Assembly: GCA_030295235.1 (NCBI GenBank)
Contig: AP026134.1
Coordinates: 496,001 to 560,000 of the forward strand
Direction: 5' to 3'
Source: Fistulifera solaris
Lineage: Eukaryota
DNA length: 64,000 nt
The position numbers and the translations under genes are program-made. Below, piece after piece: positions 11,714-25,524 of this stretch. Under the pieces are notes generated by a model. The model ran no database searches, was not told where the DNA came from, and saw nothing but the letters and a program-made list of their open reading frames with translations. How positions within the stretch are numbered: the first letter of the stretch is position 1; every line of letters starts with the position of its first letter.

Positions 11714-12753
11714 ATGAATGAGGACGGCGATGCCGCTGATGCTCAGCGACGTGAGGCTCGTCGCCGCGCTCAAAGGAATGAATTACTCGCCGCCATTCGT
11801 CCTGCAAGAAGAAGTTGGCAACGGCTACTGGATCTGCAGGATAACACATCGACGGAAAGCACCCGCGACGGAACGACAAGTTCTAATACTGATGTAGCAG
11901 ATGGCGAAGAGGAGGAGGAACAATCCCGAACATGGACGCAAAGCATGCGATGGTTACTGCACCGAGGCGATCATGAAGCAGATGATCATCCTATGCACCA
12001 ACGAATCATGGATTTGCGCGCCCTTGCGATTCAAAACCGTATGATTCGACTCGATAATGGGAATCATGCTCGAGAAATCAATTCGCAAGCTGCTAATGCA
12101 ACAACCGTTACTACCACCAATGCAACGAACGGGGAGCTATCTCCTCTCATGACTGCCGCAGCGATGGGTGATATTGATCAATTAACTGAATTGCTTCAAA
12201 CACATACTTCTTGGTCTCGTATCAAGGGAGGTCGTGGTCAGACACCGCTCCATGAAGCGTCAAAGAATGGTCATGTCGAAGCGGTGCGTTTGCTGATTGA
12301 GTTGTGCAGTGGTATTGAGTTGGTTCGCGATAACGACAGACTGTCGCCACTTCATTATGCAGCAGATAACGGTCATTTGGATATTGTCTCACTCCTCCTC
12401 TCGTGTGGCATCGAAGTGAATACAAAAGTCGTTTCCAAACCACAGCCTTGCACGTAGCAAGTAGAAACGGTCATTTGGGAGTCGTGGAGGTCTTAATAGT
12501 GCACGGTGCGGACATAAATCAAATCGACAATAAAAAGCGTACCGCTCTCCATAAAGCATGTCTTAAAGGACATCGCGATGTCGCTGCCTACCTAATACAG
12601 CATGGGGCGGAAGTAGACGCTAAAACAAGCAGCGGTCAAACTGCATTATGTAAAGCTCTAAAAGGTCGACACTCTGCCACCGTTCAGCTGCTATTAGAAA
12701 AAGGCGCAAAAATTCAAGAGAGAGACAAAGAGCACGGGTCTCTATTGATTTGA
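11714..12753 (+). CDS. Ankyrin-repeat protein (frameshift ~12425)
   Basis: Repeats SPLMTAA, TPLHEAS, SPLHYAA, TALHVAS, TALHKAC, TALCKAL across two frames. Confidence 0.85.
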
Positions 12754-13946
12754 GCATTGGAGACAGATTTCTTAGACGCTTTGTTCTTGATTATCCGTTT
12801 GAACCCACAATATTGGTTCTCGATTCAAGATCGCTATGTACCATGATAAAGTAGAGATACCTTAGGACAAGGACCATTGCACCTTGTAGAGATTTTCGGG
12901 TATAGAATGAACACTCAAAATGATAGACATTGCCGAGATGAGTTGACTTATGTAGTACAAAGTCATGATTTCATTCTTGTACATTTCAATTTCAACACGA
13001 AGCACAAGCGACACACCGCGATCAGCAGCTTTCCCGATAGTCGGACCACCGAGGCTGTATTTATGGCTCGTTTCCAGTTAGGTTTGACCATATAATGTCT
13101 TTACACCAAGGCTATTTGTCAAGTTGGGTGGTTAAAAGTTCTGAGGGAAATATTTGTGAGACGAAACAAAACGATAAGCCAAAGAATGCGTATTGGGTAT
13201 CCAATCCGTCTTTATGTCTCAGGCTATTGTGGATACTGTTTGAGTATAGTTCCATAGAGCAGCCTCTTGGGCGCAGAAACGTACTGAGCTGCGCGGAGTA
13301 GGCGGGTGAAGGAGGGAATTTTGCAATGCGGTATTGGACTCGAGGAAAGTCCTCTACGACGACAATCGGTACAAACAGCATCATCGTCAATCATCGCAGA
13401 ACAGCTCGTCGTGAACATTGGCTGAAGACGACTGCTAAGTTGTCGGTGGTGAGTCGGACGTTTGCCTCGTATTCTTTTGTTTCGTTTTGTTTGTGTTCAA
13501 TAGAATATGATTATTGCATTTTACTGAGAAGATCGAGTCAAATGAAGCGAGAAAAAGAATGTTTGAGCGCCATGGTTGTCGCTGCATTTTTCGGTAGGAT
13601 GACTGCGTGAGAAGTACAGGGCCTTCGGGTCATGTATGTTCGTCACTCCAAAAATGTTTTTCGTAGATGTGAAACTAGAAAATGTCTCAGAAGACCCGGG
13701 TCACCTAATCAGCTGGTTAAATGGATAACGTGATTATCGTGCTGAGACACATAGTCCGTATTTACTAAACAATTTCGCCGATGGGGAGGATGTCCTCGAA
13801 CTGTTTTGCTACCGTTGTGTGCAATTGAGTTGAGTGAGTTATCTCTGCTTTTCTTTCTTCTAACGTTGCTCTTTCCAGTCTGTTAATCGGAATTCCGGTA
13901 ATCAAAGGTCATTGAAGTAGCCCTCCTTGCTGCGTTTGATCCAAAG

Positions 13947-16900
13947 ATGATGATTCCTTTTGACCAAAACGGAGGTCCGCAGCAAGGTCAACCCCAATCA
14001 ATGCGACCTCCAATGCCACCGGGTCACATGCAACCTTCTCCTGCGGGTGTAATGCAACATGGTCATCCCCAACAGCCGATGAATCCGCCGCCATACTCAC
14101 ATCGACCTTCCGGGGGTATGCCGGTGCAACCTCCTCATTACATGCCTCCTTCTCCGGCGCAACATCAAGGAAATTTTAACGGAGGAATTCCAGGAAACGC
14201 TGGTCAGTATTCTTCTCATCCGCCGCTACATCAATCTCAACCCCCGATGCATCCAATGGGACATCCAGGACAAATGCATCATTCTCAAATGAATAGACAG
14301 CACCCGAGCAACATGGGAATGCCTCCGATGCAGCAGCATGATCCAATGATGAATTCAAGTCAAGGACATGGCCGACCGCCGCCTCCGCAGCAGTATATGA
14401 ACTCACAACAGCCACCTCCCCCGCAACCACAAGGAATGGGTGGAGGAAGTTGGCAAAGTGATCGGGATATACCGCACCGAAGGGAAATGATACAACACAT
14501 GTAAGTTTTTTTGCCGAAAGCATGTCTTAAGGGAGCTTTCCTTCTCCCACATAACTCACATTTCGTTGCAGTATCAAATTGCTGAAGAAAGATAGAAGCG
14601 GATCACCTGAATCTCTTAATAGACTCCCGCAAATGGCGAAGCATTTGGAAGTATCGCTCTATCGCAACGCGCCTTCATTTGAGGCTTTCGTCGATATGTC
14701 AACTCTCAAGCAACGTTTGCACCAAATAGCTGCTGAGGTATCCCGAAGGTCTCGCTCGCAAAATGATTCCAGACGTGATGATTCGATGCGGACTCAAAAT
14801 GTTGATCACTCTATGTCATCGTTCAGTCAAAATGGTATCCGAGGAGGATCGTCGTCGCCGTACATGGGGAGCATGAGCACGGGTAACGGCAGCATGAATA
14901 ATGGACACATGAATAGCGGAGGTATGAACAACAGCAGCATGAATAGTGGAAGCATGAACAGCGGGAGAATGGTCAACATGGAGGACATCAACCCGATGTC
15001 GAGTGGAGGAGGGTCGCAGGTTTACCACCAGCAGCCTCAACGGAACGACAGGATGACCCAGCATCAACCACCACCGCAGCAGCACCGTCCGAACATGCAA
15101 TCTTCGGCGATGCAATCACAGGTTCAGAACCGCAACGACCCGGAGTGGAAACTCAGGATACGGCATAAGCAGCAACGTTTGTTACTTCTTCATCACTCGG
15201 CGAAGTGCAACCACAAAGGTCAATGTCCAGTAACACCTCACTGTGCCGACATGAAGCGACTTTGGAGACACATGGAGGGTTGTAAAGACAATCAGTGCCG
15301 TGTACCACACTGTTTTTCTTCGCGAGCGATTTTGAGTCACTATAGGAAGTGCAAAGATCCTGCCTGTCCAGCGTGTGGACCGGTACGTGAAACGGTTCGG
15401 AAAGGACAACGAAGCGTCTCCAACCCGAACGCAATGAGTATGATGAGGACATCATCGCCGGCTATTCCCAATCAACAACCACAGCAAGCAATGATGCAGG
15501 CTCCTGAAATGGTACAAATGGGTAGCTCGTCATTCGGCGGAGTTTCTGTTCGATCGAGCGGTGGGCATTCCGTCATGCCACCCCCGTCTTCGAACGTACC
15601 AACCGGAAGCAATGAAATGCAATATCTTCCACAATATCGATCAAGTAATCCGGTTATCTCAAACGATCCGGGGCTCTTTGGTAGTGACCAGCAGGCCCCA
15701 GACGCCCATGGTGCATCAAGTTCTACAAGTAATCAGTCAACGCTCAAGGATCCCTCTTCGACTACCATTCCAGGAGGAAGTCGACCACCAGGAAGTAGTG
15801 AATCGGAGTGGCAGAAAATTCGCCACAAGCAACAACGGCTTCTTTTGTTACGACACGCTTCTCGATGCCAGCACGAATTAGGTACATGTCCTGTAACGCC
15901 TCACTGCGCTAGTATGAAAAAGCTTTGGGACCACATTGCCCACTGCAAGGACCAGCAATGCAAAGTTCAGCACTGTCTAACAAGTCGTTACGTGCTCAGT
16001 CATTATCGTCGATGCAAGAATGCGCGATGTCCCTCGTGTGGACCGGTCCGTGATTCAATTCGTCGGTCGGCGATGAAAGAGAAACAGCAGCAAGGAGGGC
16101 AATCTCAACATCATAGTGGCGCCATAGGCTCTAGTATGCTGGATGACGACGTTTGTAAGACTCCAATGTCCTCACCGCCTCAGCTTGAGCCTTCTCCGAC
16201 GGAGTCGTCCTTGCAGCCCGAACTGAAAAGAAGAAAGAAGGAAGACGACGCATCTGAAGCAACAGGCTCGACGATGGTTACTAGCAACGAGACTTCAAAA
16301 GTGCCATCTGCACCTGCACCGTCTCTGACCGTGAAGAGTGAGACGAATCTACAGTCAGCTCCACCAGCGACATCGGATACTAAATCGAAGGATCCTAGAA
16401 ATGCTGATCGGTCCTTGTTGAATAGCTTTAGTTTGAAGGAGCTTGAAACGCATTTGCAATCTCTTGACCGGAAAACTCAATTACCCGCTGCCAAGCTCAA
16501 AGCCAAATGCCAGGAAGTGTTGAAGGGGTTACAAACACACCAGCATGGATGGGTGTTTAACTGTCCAGTAGACCCTGTCGAGCTTGGCCTTCCAGATTAC
16601 TTTGAGATTATAAAAAAGCCTATGGACCTTGGAACTATCCAAAAAAAGATCGAAAGCGGAAGTATCCATTCAATCGAGGAGTTCATATCGCTTGTACATC
16701 TAACGTTTGATAACGCCATGGCATACAACGAGTCCGAGTCCGTGGTATATGGCATGGCGAAGGAACTCAAGACGAAATTTGAGGGAGATGTGAAGAAGCT
16801 TATGAGGACCTTGGAAGAAGAAGACTTGCAGCGGCGTCAGAATGATCGTGCCTGCCATCTATGTGGATGTGAGAAGCTGTTATTCGAACCACCGGTATAC

Positions 16901-19174
16901 TTCTGTAATGGAATGAATTGTCCAAGTCAGCGCATTCGAAGAAACAACAATTTTTACATCGGGGGCAATAATCAGTATTTCTGGTGTAGTTCATGCTATA
17001 ATGAACTGGACGACAAGATTCCCATAGAGTTGATCGACATGACAATTATGAAAAGTGATCTGACCAAGAAGCGAAACGACGAAGTGCACGAGGAAAGCTG
17101 GGTGCAGTGCGACACATGCGAAAACTGGGTTCATCAGATTTGCGGACTTTTTAACACCCGTCAAAACAAGGAGCATCATAGCGAATACAATTGCCCAAGG
17201 TGCATTCGGGATAAGCGGATGGCGAATGGTGATATCCCCATGCCTAGGCCACCAGGCGCGTCTGACTTGCCACGAACAACTTTATCGGAGTGCCTGGAAC
17301 AACATATTGCAAAGCGAATCGAGAAGAAAAAGCGACAACTTGCGGAAGAGAAAACCAAAAATGAGGTACGTCTATTGATCGTCGTTCTACTAAATTTTGA
17401 ATATAATCTCACCGTTATCGCGCTCAGGGAATATCTATGGAGGAGGCGTTGAAACACGTCGAGTCCGGAGGACCAATCATTATCCGCCAGGTCACAGCCA
17501 TGGATCGCAAACTCGAAGTAAGAGATTTGATGCGAGAGCGCTACGCGCATAAGAACTACCCCGAAGAATTTCCCTTTCGGTGCAAGTGCATCGTAGTATT
17601 CCAGAATTTGGATGGAGTTGATACGATTTTGTTTGCCCTCTATGTTTACGAGCACGGAGAGAACAACCCACCTCCCAACCAGCGGTGTGTTTACATCTCC
17701 TATTTGGATAGTGTGCATTTCATGCGACCACGAAACCTGAGAACGTTTGTCTACCACGAGATTTTAATAGCATACCTGGATTACGCGCGCCAAAGAGGTT
17801 TCGCTACTGCGCACATTTGGGCATGTCCACCGCTTCGAGGCGACGACTACATCTTTTTCGCGAAGCCAGAAGATCAGAAGACACCACGTGACAACAGGCT
17901 TCGTCAATGGTACCAGGAAATGCTGGTAGAAGCTCAAAAACGAGGTATCGTTGGAAGACTCACGAATATGTACGATCTTTACTTTGCAAATGAATCGCTT
18001 GATGCGACTGCAGTTCCTTATCTGGAGGGCGACTACTTTCCCGGCGAAGCTGAAAATATTATTAAGATGTTGCAAGAAGGCAAAGGTAAAAAGGCGGGTA
18101 ACGGCGGTAAAAAAGAAAAAGAGCAAGACCAGTACAAGCACGACTGGCACCCGGTCGACAGGTGTTGATGAGGAGGCCCTTTTGGCTAGCGGCTTTATGG
18201 ACGACGCCAAATCGTTGAAGGACTTAGATCGTGATCAGGTGATGGTAAAGCTTGGCGAAACAATCCAGCCGATGAAGGAAAGTTTCATTGTCGCTTTCTT
18301 GAACTGGTCAGGGGCGAAAGAAGAGGACAAGGTTGTGCCGGAGGTGATAGTCAAGGCCCGAACCGAATACAAAGACGAGAATTTGGAAAGTGACCTCGCC
18401 GGAAGTAAGCGCGATGCTGTCGGTCATGTTGGAAGAAGCTCATCTGATTCTGTAAAGGTCATCGACGACGACGAAGAGGACCTTGATTGCGAATTTCTCA
18501 ATAACCGTCAGGCTTTTCTGAATCTCTGTCGAGGTAACCATTATCAGTTCGATGAGCTCAGACGTTCCAAGCACACTTCCATGATGGTTCTCTGGCATTT
18601 GCACAATAGAGATGCACCGAAGTTTGTTCAACAATGTGTCGCTTGTAATCGGGAAATTCTTAGTGGTAAACGATACCATTGTGGCACGTGTCCCGATTAT
18701 GATCTCTGCCATGATTGTTATAAAGACCCGAAGGTTAATCGAGGAAACTGCACCCATCCCCTGACTCCCATTGCTGTGGACCCTGACGCCAACCAGGAAC
18801 GAAATGGAATGGACGACGCTGAGCGACAAGCTCGTCAACGCAATCTCATGATGCATATCCAGCTGATCGAACACGCATCGGGTTGCGTGTCGAAGACTTG
18901 CACGTCGTCAAACTGCGCTAAGATGAAGAATTATCTTCACCACGCGAGTATTTGCCGTGTGAAAGTACAAGGCGGATGTAAGATCTGCAAGAAAATCTGG
19001 ACTCTTTTGAGAATTCATGCTCAGAAATGCAGGCAAGTGCGTTGTCCAATTCCCCAATGTAATGCTATTCGAGAGAAGATGCGACAATTGCAGAAGCAGC
19101 AACAAGCTATGGACGACCGACGCCGTTTAGAAATGAATCGTCACATGCGTTTCGGTGGAGCAGCTCCGTCTTAA
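13947..19174 (+). CDS. CBP/p300-type histone acetyltransferase (KIX-like, 2 TAZ, bromo, PHD, KAT11 HAT, ZZ, TAZ)
   Basis: Q/P-rich N-terminus; TAZ ([14 protein letters not shown]); bromodomain WVFNCPVDP...[33 protein letters not shown]...GDDYIF; ZZ CPDYDLC. Introns 14501..14571 and 17366..17427; frameshift in A-run ~18110. Confidence 0.95.
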
Positions 19175-19692
19175 CGATGGCTAAGTTTACACAAGGATTT
19201 GAAGTATGCATAAAACGTATAGACCTTTGGTTAATGCTTGAGTGTCAATAAAACATGTGTTTCTCTGCTATATATTGGCTCCGGTTTTCACGTCAATAGA
19301 GCACTGACCAAAACGAACGATGATGTGAGCATGAGCTTGGATGATAGATTTGTTCCCTTTTTATACTGGTACCTGGTAGTGAATTGAGAAACCCGAAACG
19401 ACATATTGAAAGCCGCTACCATGCGGATTGACGGATCTTTTCAGCGCGAAGCGCGCCATCTGTTCGCAGGAAACGTGTTTCGTTTTTTGCCCCCAAAACG
19501 CATTTTATTCTCGTTCCACTGAAATACTCCAGTAGTCGATAGTCCGCATCATCAAGCAATCATATGTAGTAATATTTGTCATAAGACTCCTAAAATAGAT
19601 CCTCCCGTGGCTACTGAGCGAGTTAAGATTACCGCATAAAGTGTATTGAAAGCCTTTTCTAGAAATATTTTCGATTTCATAACTGTTGCAAC

Positions 19693-21236
19693 ATGCTATC
19701 CAATCTTTTGGGCAAGGAACTCATGCAAGCCGATGCGAACTTACAAGAGAACATTCGTAACGTTAAAGCCAACGGAATCGTTTCCTCCAGACACGCTACA
19801 ACTCCCATTTCTATGAAATTAATGAGGTCGGTGTCGGGATTGTGTTGCGAAGAATGCAACGTTCCCGACGACGATACCGAACGCTTGCACCGCTACGATT
19901 TAGATGCTCTCCGACGTCAAAATTCTTCTACTTCACCTCTCGTACTGGCCCCCATGAGTGCACCCAACAACGTGAAACGCGTCGAACAAATTATTACGGA
20001 CTACATTGCGGCGTGTCGCTTTTACGGGTGCGGAGATCGCATCAACGCCGGAGTATTGACCACGATCCGATTCTCGTTGCCCAGCCTGCGACTTAGTGGC
20101 GGCTTTCATGATGCCGACATGTTGGCCTTATCGGAAATCATGTTTCGACACGCCAACAATGCTTTGAGCTTTATTCATCGATTAGACTTTTCCTTGTCAT
20201 CCAAAGAAGGACATTTGCACGGACGAGCCGGCTTTCGGTCGCATGGTGCTTTGGCGCTGGCGAAAATTCTGCAGTGTTCGGACAATATCAAGGAAGTCAA
20301 TGTCAAACGTAACCGCATTGGATCGTTCGGGGCGTCGGCATTGTTTTTAGCCTGTTCGAGCAATCCAACTCTTGAAATATTGGGCCTCGAGGCCTGTCGG
20401 ATCGGTGAAAGGGGCGCTTTGGCATTTGCGGAAATCATGTCGTCAAATTCCGAGTCGGGTTTGCGTCAAGTCGATCTCAGTGGAAATTATATTGGATTCA
20501 AAGGAGCGTTCGCGATCGAGGAATGTATGCAAATGCGCCGACAAAAGGGTCTTCCCGAAATTCATGTCGATGTGGAAAGTAACTTGGTGTTTGCCGAAGT
20601 AATGAACGGAGTGACGCACGGCGTCGGCATGATCCTAGCTTTAGTGGCGAGTGTGCTACTATCCAGACAAGTGGAGAACAAATCGCATCGACACGTGATT
20701 AGTTGCGGTGTGTATTCGGCGTCACTCATGGTCTTGTATCTCAGTTCGACCTTATTCCATTCGCTCTTTGCCCTACGAAGTATCCGTTGGATTCTACGGT
20801 CGTTGGACAAGAGTGCCATTTACATCCTGATTTCTGGAACCTACACCCCCTTCCTACAGATCGTTCTGGCCAACGATCCTTTGTTTTCGACCTATCTGTT
20901 GGCGTTCCTTTGGATTTGCTGTGTGTTGGGTATTTGGGTTGAAGCCTTTCAAACGGAATGGAAGTATCGAGGTCATTTTTCGCTGCTCATGTATCTGAGC
21001 ATGGGATGGTCGGCGTTGACGTTCCTTCCTACTGTTATTACGCGTCTTCCTCCTCGCCCACTGATCTATCTCGTGTTGGGTGGTGTTTCCTACACGGCCG
21101 GCGTTCCCTTTTTGTGCGGAACAACAATTTGGATCACGCGATATGGCACGTATTTGTGTTGGCGGGAAGTATCTTTCACTGGTGGGTCATTTACCGATAT
21201 GTGGCACCGGCCGAGCTTGGTTATGCAACTGGCTAA
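19693..21236 (+). CDS. RNI-like leucine-rich repeats fused to a hemolysin-III/PAQR multi-pass domain (frameshift ~21110)
   Basis: LRRs [28 protein letters not shown] motifs [31 protein letters not shown] and, after the shift, HAIWHVFV. Confidence 0.85.
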
Positions 21237-21336
21237 ATAGATAACGGACTTAATGGGAGCATTAAAACTAATATTTAAGAAACCAGACTACTAAGAGCTA
21301 TTCTAAAACATGTTCGACCATTTTTTCTACACGATT

Positions 21337-21675
21337 TCATGGATAAGAAGGAAATCCAGGAGGTTGTGGTGGAGGAGGAAGATGGCTCGGTGGTGGTACC
21401 ATCACATTACCCGGCGGGGGCAGCATAGAATTTCCAGGAGGAAGCATGCGCGGTGGAGGTGGAGGAACATAGCGCGGCGGCGGTGCTTGTCCCGGTGGCG
21501 GAGGAATGAAACCAGGACGTACCCATGTTCGTTTCCCACTGACGGTATCGATAAAGAAACTAATTCCCGTCACTTCATCGAGTTCTTCTTTCCATCCGTC
21601 CGGCAACGGAGGGACTGCCGGATCATCGACGCCTCTGGCCCGAATATATGCTTGTTGCGCCGCAGCCAGTCCCAT
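21337..21675 (-). CDS. Small WW-domain protein with Pro-rich tail
   Basis: [31 protein letters not shown]; start uncertain. Confidence 0.8.
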   Translation of the reverse strand: MGLAAAQQAYIRARGVDDPAVPPLPDGWKEELDEVTGISFFIDTVSGKRTWVRPGFIPPPPGQAPPPRYVPPPPPRMLPPGNSMLPPPGNVMVPPPSHLPPPPQPPGFPSYP

Positions 21676-22608
21676 GGGACCACGTTGCCATTCTTGAACG
21701 TGCTTTTCGTAGTGCTGTCGTTTAACGAATGAGTGAGTGATTGAGTTGGTGTGTGCGTGTGTGTGAGTGAGAGAAAGAAAACGAACAAAAAAAGAAATGA
21801 ATCATCACACGACGCGCTGGGCACACGTACCAATTTAAAGTTCTCCCGAAATTTCCATCCTCGTCTCTGCTGTTTGCGACCCGCCGCACTGTCGTGTGTC
21901 AAATACGTATTGGAGTAATCATCAAAGAACCGTGGCATGATGAAGGAAGAAATAAAGCAATGAAAGAGAAATAATGGACAATTTTGGTTTGATGCAGCGC
22001 GGACGAACGCGTTTTATATTTTGCCGTGTAATTCCGGGACTGAATTCGATTGAGTCGTCATTCAAAGTCACCCAAACCTTACTTTAGTTGACGTGACAGA
22101 CCTGGTACCGTACCAGTACCTGGTAAGAAAAGCTAGTGTGTCGATGTCATTATTTCAACAATCGAAAACACTAACAATAAGGGCAAAAACAAGGCTATAG
22201 CTTGCCACTCACCTGAGGTTGAATGATCTTGCTAAAAGTTGAAATTACTCATTGACAATAGCCGACTGGTATTTGGGATCGAACGAATGTGTGATGAGTA
22301 TGATTGACAACGAGAACACAGATGAGTGCTTCATGTCTTATGGACGAAAATGACATCATTCGAGACTCGTGATAGAACTTTTATAGTAAAACGAAGAAGA
22401 GGGAAAGTAAAGCGTGAAGAACTGCCCACGAGAAAATATAGGTGCGAAATTTTTAACCAATCAGCATGCCGGTATAGGAAAAAGAGTGTCATTTTGTTTT
22501 CTCTTTTCGTTTGACCCCCAATCTCAAACCACTTTCAAAGAAGAAGTGAAGGAGCTCATAAAAAGATTTCGCCTCTGTTGACAACGCAAACTCCCTCGTA
22601 TCATCACT

Positions 22609-23818
22609 ATGAAACTCGCCCTCCCCCTTTCCGTCTTGTCATGTCTCGTCTCCATGACGCAGGCTCGCCTCAGCATGGCTACTACTGTGCAACAACAGGA
22701 AGCCGAGATGGCGACGGAACTCGGACGCAAGAAGAAACAAGCGACCGGCTGGCACAAACTTATTCATCTGACGTTCACGATGGAACACTTCAAGTCCTTT
22801 GACGACGCCGGCGAATTCAATAAGAAGGTGGCCATCGGGGCCTTCAATCGTGCGTTCGAACAGGCTTTTGACGGTATCACCATGGATTGGGATTTCATTG
22901 ACAGTCTCATCCAAATCCCGGAACCGGAATATCTCAGCAGCGGAGAACTCTTGTACCCCCGCCCTCACCCGGGACGCCCTGTTCCGAACCGTGATCCGAA
23001 GAAGCCACCAAACAATGGGAGTCATACGATTTACGGGTACATTCATGGCGATCCGACTTGTCGACTTTGCCCGAACGATTTCCTGGGAAGCGGAGCGAGC
23101 GGCGAGAGCTTCTCAAACTTTCTCAAAGACCAAGCCAAGTGGGATGAAGTTGGCAAGTTGTTTTGCATGGAGCTCAAAGGGACGGGCATTGATAACTTTG
23201 AAGATGTCAAGAACTGCGCCTTCACTGTCGGGTATGTTGGGGGGAATGAGATTGAGTTGATGGAGTCCGCCGCCACTGCGGCTGTCGCGTCGGACGTTTT
23301 GTCGGAAGTGTCGGGAAGCACCAACGCCATCGTCACCGCGTATCGCATTCATCCAACCGCCATTTTGGACATGGCGGCTCTCAAGAAAAGCATTCACTGT
23401 CGCCTAAAACAATGTCTTTGCGGATACCGACTTTGTGGTCGAGGGAGTTCAGCTTTTGCGTCAGGTTGTCGCGGATGAAATGGTGGTGGGTCAGAGTAGT
23501 GTACGTGTTCACGGCAATGAGATCGCGGTCTTTGATGAAGCGGACGAAGCAGGTGACGACGAGGACGCTGATACCGAAGACGCCGACGAAGATGTCGATT
23601 GCCTCACCGCCATGTACTGGTTGCAAGTCGACTGGACCTGCAAGGGATCGACATGCAACGCGGACGACATGTTGCCTGGAGCTTTCTTGCAGAATACGCC
23701 TGGTATCAGCCGTCACACCATCTTGGAATCGTATCTCTGCCACAACTTGCGAGAATTTGGTGACGCCTCTTTGGCGGCCGTTGACGGCTGTGACATTATG
23801 TTTCTTGCCGACATGTAA
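22609..23818 (+). CDS. Secreted protein with two related Cys-containing domains; disrupted near 23390-23408
   Basis: Signal peptide MKLALPLSVLSCLVSMTQA. Domain 1 TCRLCPND...LFCMELKGTG...VKNC; domain 2 TCKGSTCNAD...YLCHNLREFG...VDGC. Frameshift plus in-frame TAA between them. Confidence 0.6.
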
Positions 23819-24020
23819 GATGACTTTGAATATAAAGGGTGATCTCGTAGACCTCAGTCGTCGAACGCTGAGCTCTTGTACGGCGAGATCTCAATATATA
23901 TTACAAGATGGAAAGGAGATACGTAGTTTATAGCTGTATCTTCTTATAACACAAACAAATCTCTCCAACCGTTTTTATTATTCTTGGTGCAGCGCAGCTT
24001 GTAGCAGCGGAGCAGTCTCA

Positions 24021-24265
24021 TGATTCATGACTTAATTTCAGTCGTGTCGAAATATGGTGAACACTCTGGACATATAGTAAATACAGAAGACAACGTTTCA
24101 CACGTTTCATCTACGTTACTAGATGTATTGAAAAAGCTGTCTAAGCAAATAGATTGACATATTTACCAAAGAAGTAGGACGCTCGACAAGCTTGCTGAAT
24201 GAATGAGGGTTAGGTAGCCGTCTGGCTTGGAAGACTATTGATTCATGACTCAATTGCGGTCGTGG
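24021..24265 (+). repeat. Dispersed paired-palindrome element, locus 2
   Basis: tgattcatgacttaatttcagtcgtg (24021) and tgattcatgactcaattgcggtcgtgg (24239). Confidence 0.65.
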
Positions 24266-24414
24266 CGAAATGTCGCTTACACTTTAAGTTTATAGTAATA
24301 ATTGAAGACGAACCTTCATACGCTTTTCATCGCAAACCGACAACCGACCATGAGATCAATTACCAGGTAACTCGTGTCTGTTGACTTGACACACTTCAAG
24401 TAGAACAAACAACC

Positions 24415-25487
24415 ATGACTTTCTCTACGACATCGATGATAACTACCGAAGATTTGCCGACTCTGTTTCACGATGTAACACCGATTCCCCAGGACGAAGG
24501 ACCGCACATTGTTTGTCGTATTGATTATCCGCCGGAGTTTACGATCGCGTACGATTATTTTCGTGCCCTGTCCGCCATGGACGAATGGTCCGAACGTGCC
24601 CTTCAATTAACGACATTGTGTTTGCAATTCAATCCGGCGAACTACACGGTGTGGCATTTTCGGAGAAAATGTATGTGGGCGCTGTTGATGAAGGATGACA
24701 AGAGCATAGATCTCGAAGCGTTTCTGGTGAATGATCTGTCGTTGGCGGCCGCTCTGGGAGGCGAAAATCCCAAAAATTATCAAATTTGGTATCACCGGAG
24801 AGCCATTCTGGAATTTGTTCAACATCAGACGAATAACAAGGAACTATTTCATTTATTTTGTCGACGCGAACTCGATTATACGGAAGAAGTCTTTCAGGAG
24901 GATTCCAAAAACTACCATGCTTGGTGCTTTCGGCAATGGATCCTCCACACAATGAAAAATCCTGCAATCTGGCAAGAAGAAATAGACTTTTCACACCAAA
25001 TGATTATGGACGGGGATGTCCGTAACAATTCGGCTTGGAATCAAAGATGGCTTGCCGTACATCGAGGTCAACTGACCACGCCTCTCGCGCTTGAGACGGC
25101 AAAAGTGAAGCCGACTATGCGTTACAAGGTGCACGGATCGATCCGTACAACGAATGTCCTTGGCGTTACTTGATTGCCATTCTCAAAGAACAGTGTCGCA
25201 GTAGTACAATGGAGGAAGATAAAAGAAAATGGTTGCTGCAACATTATTTAGACCAAGCCGAGTTGGTCAAAGAGGTGCTAAAAGAAGCGGATAAGGATCC
25301 GGAGGCATGTCCAAATCTTTCGGCTGCTTTGGTGGATATTTTGGAAATGAAAGGGGATATTGAAGCGTTGACACATGCGAAGCAATTGGTGCACTATCTA
25401 GAACATGATATTGACCCGATTCGTGCGAGGTACTGGGCGTTTCGATCCAAGACAATTGAACAAGCGCTCTCTTCGAAATCTGGTTAA
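24415..25487 (+). CDS. FNTA: Protein farnesyltransferase/GGTase-I alpha subunit (frameshift ~25103)
   Basis: DVTPIPQDEGP; PPTA repeats NPANYTVWHFRR, NPKNYQIWYHRR, DSKNYHAWCFRQW, RNNSAWNQRW; C-terminal DPIRARYW. Confidence 0.93.
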
Positions 25488-25524
25488 TAGAAAAATAATG
25501 AAACATCTTAATTTAATACAGCGT

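Noticed and set aside
13112..13610. Short ORFs upstream of the CBP-like gene
   Set aside because: No domain or consistent exon structure.
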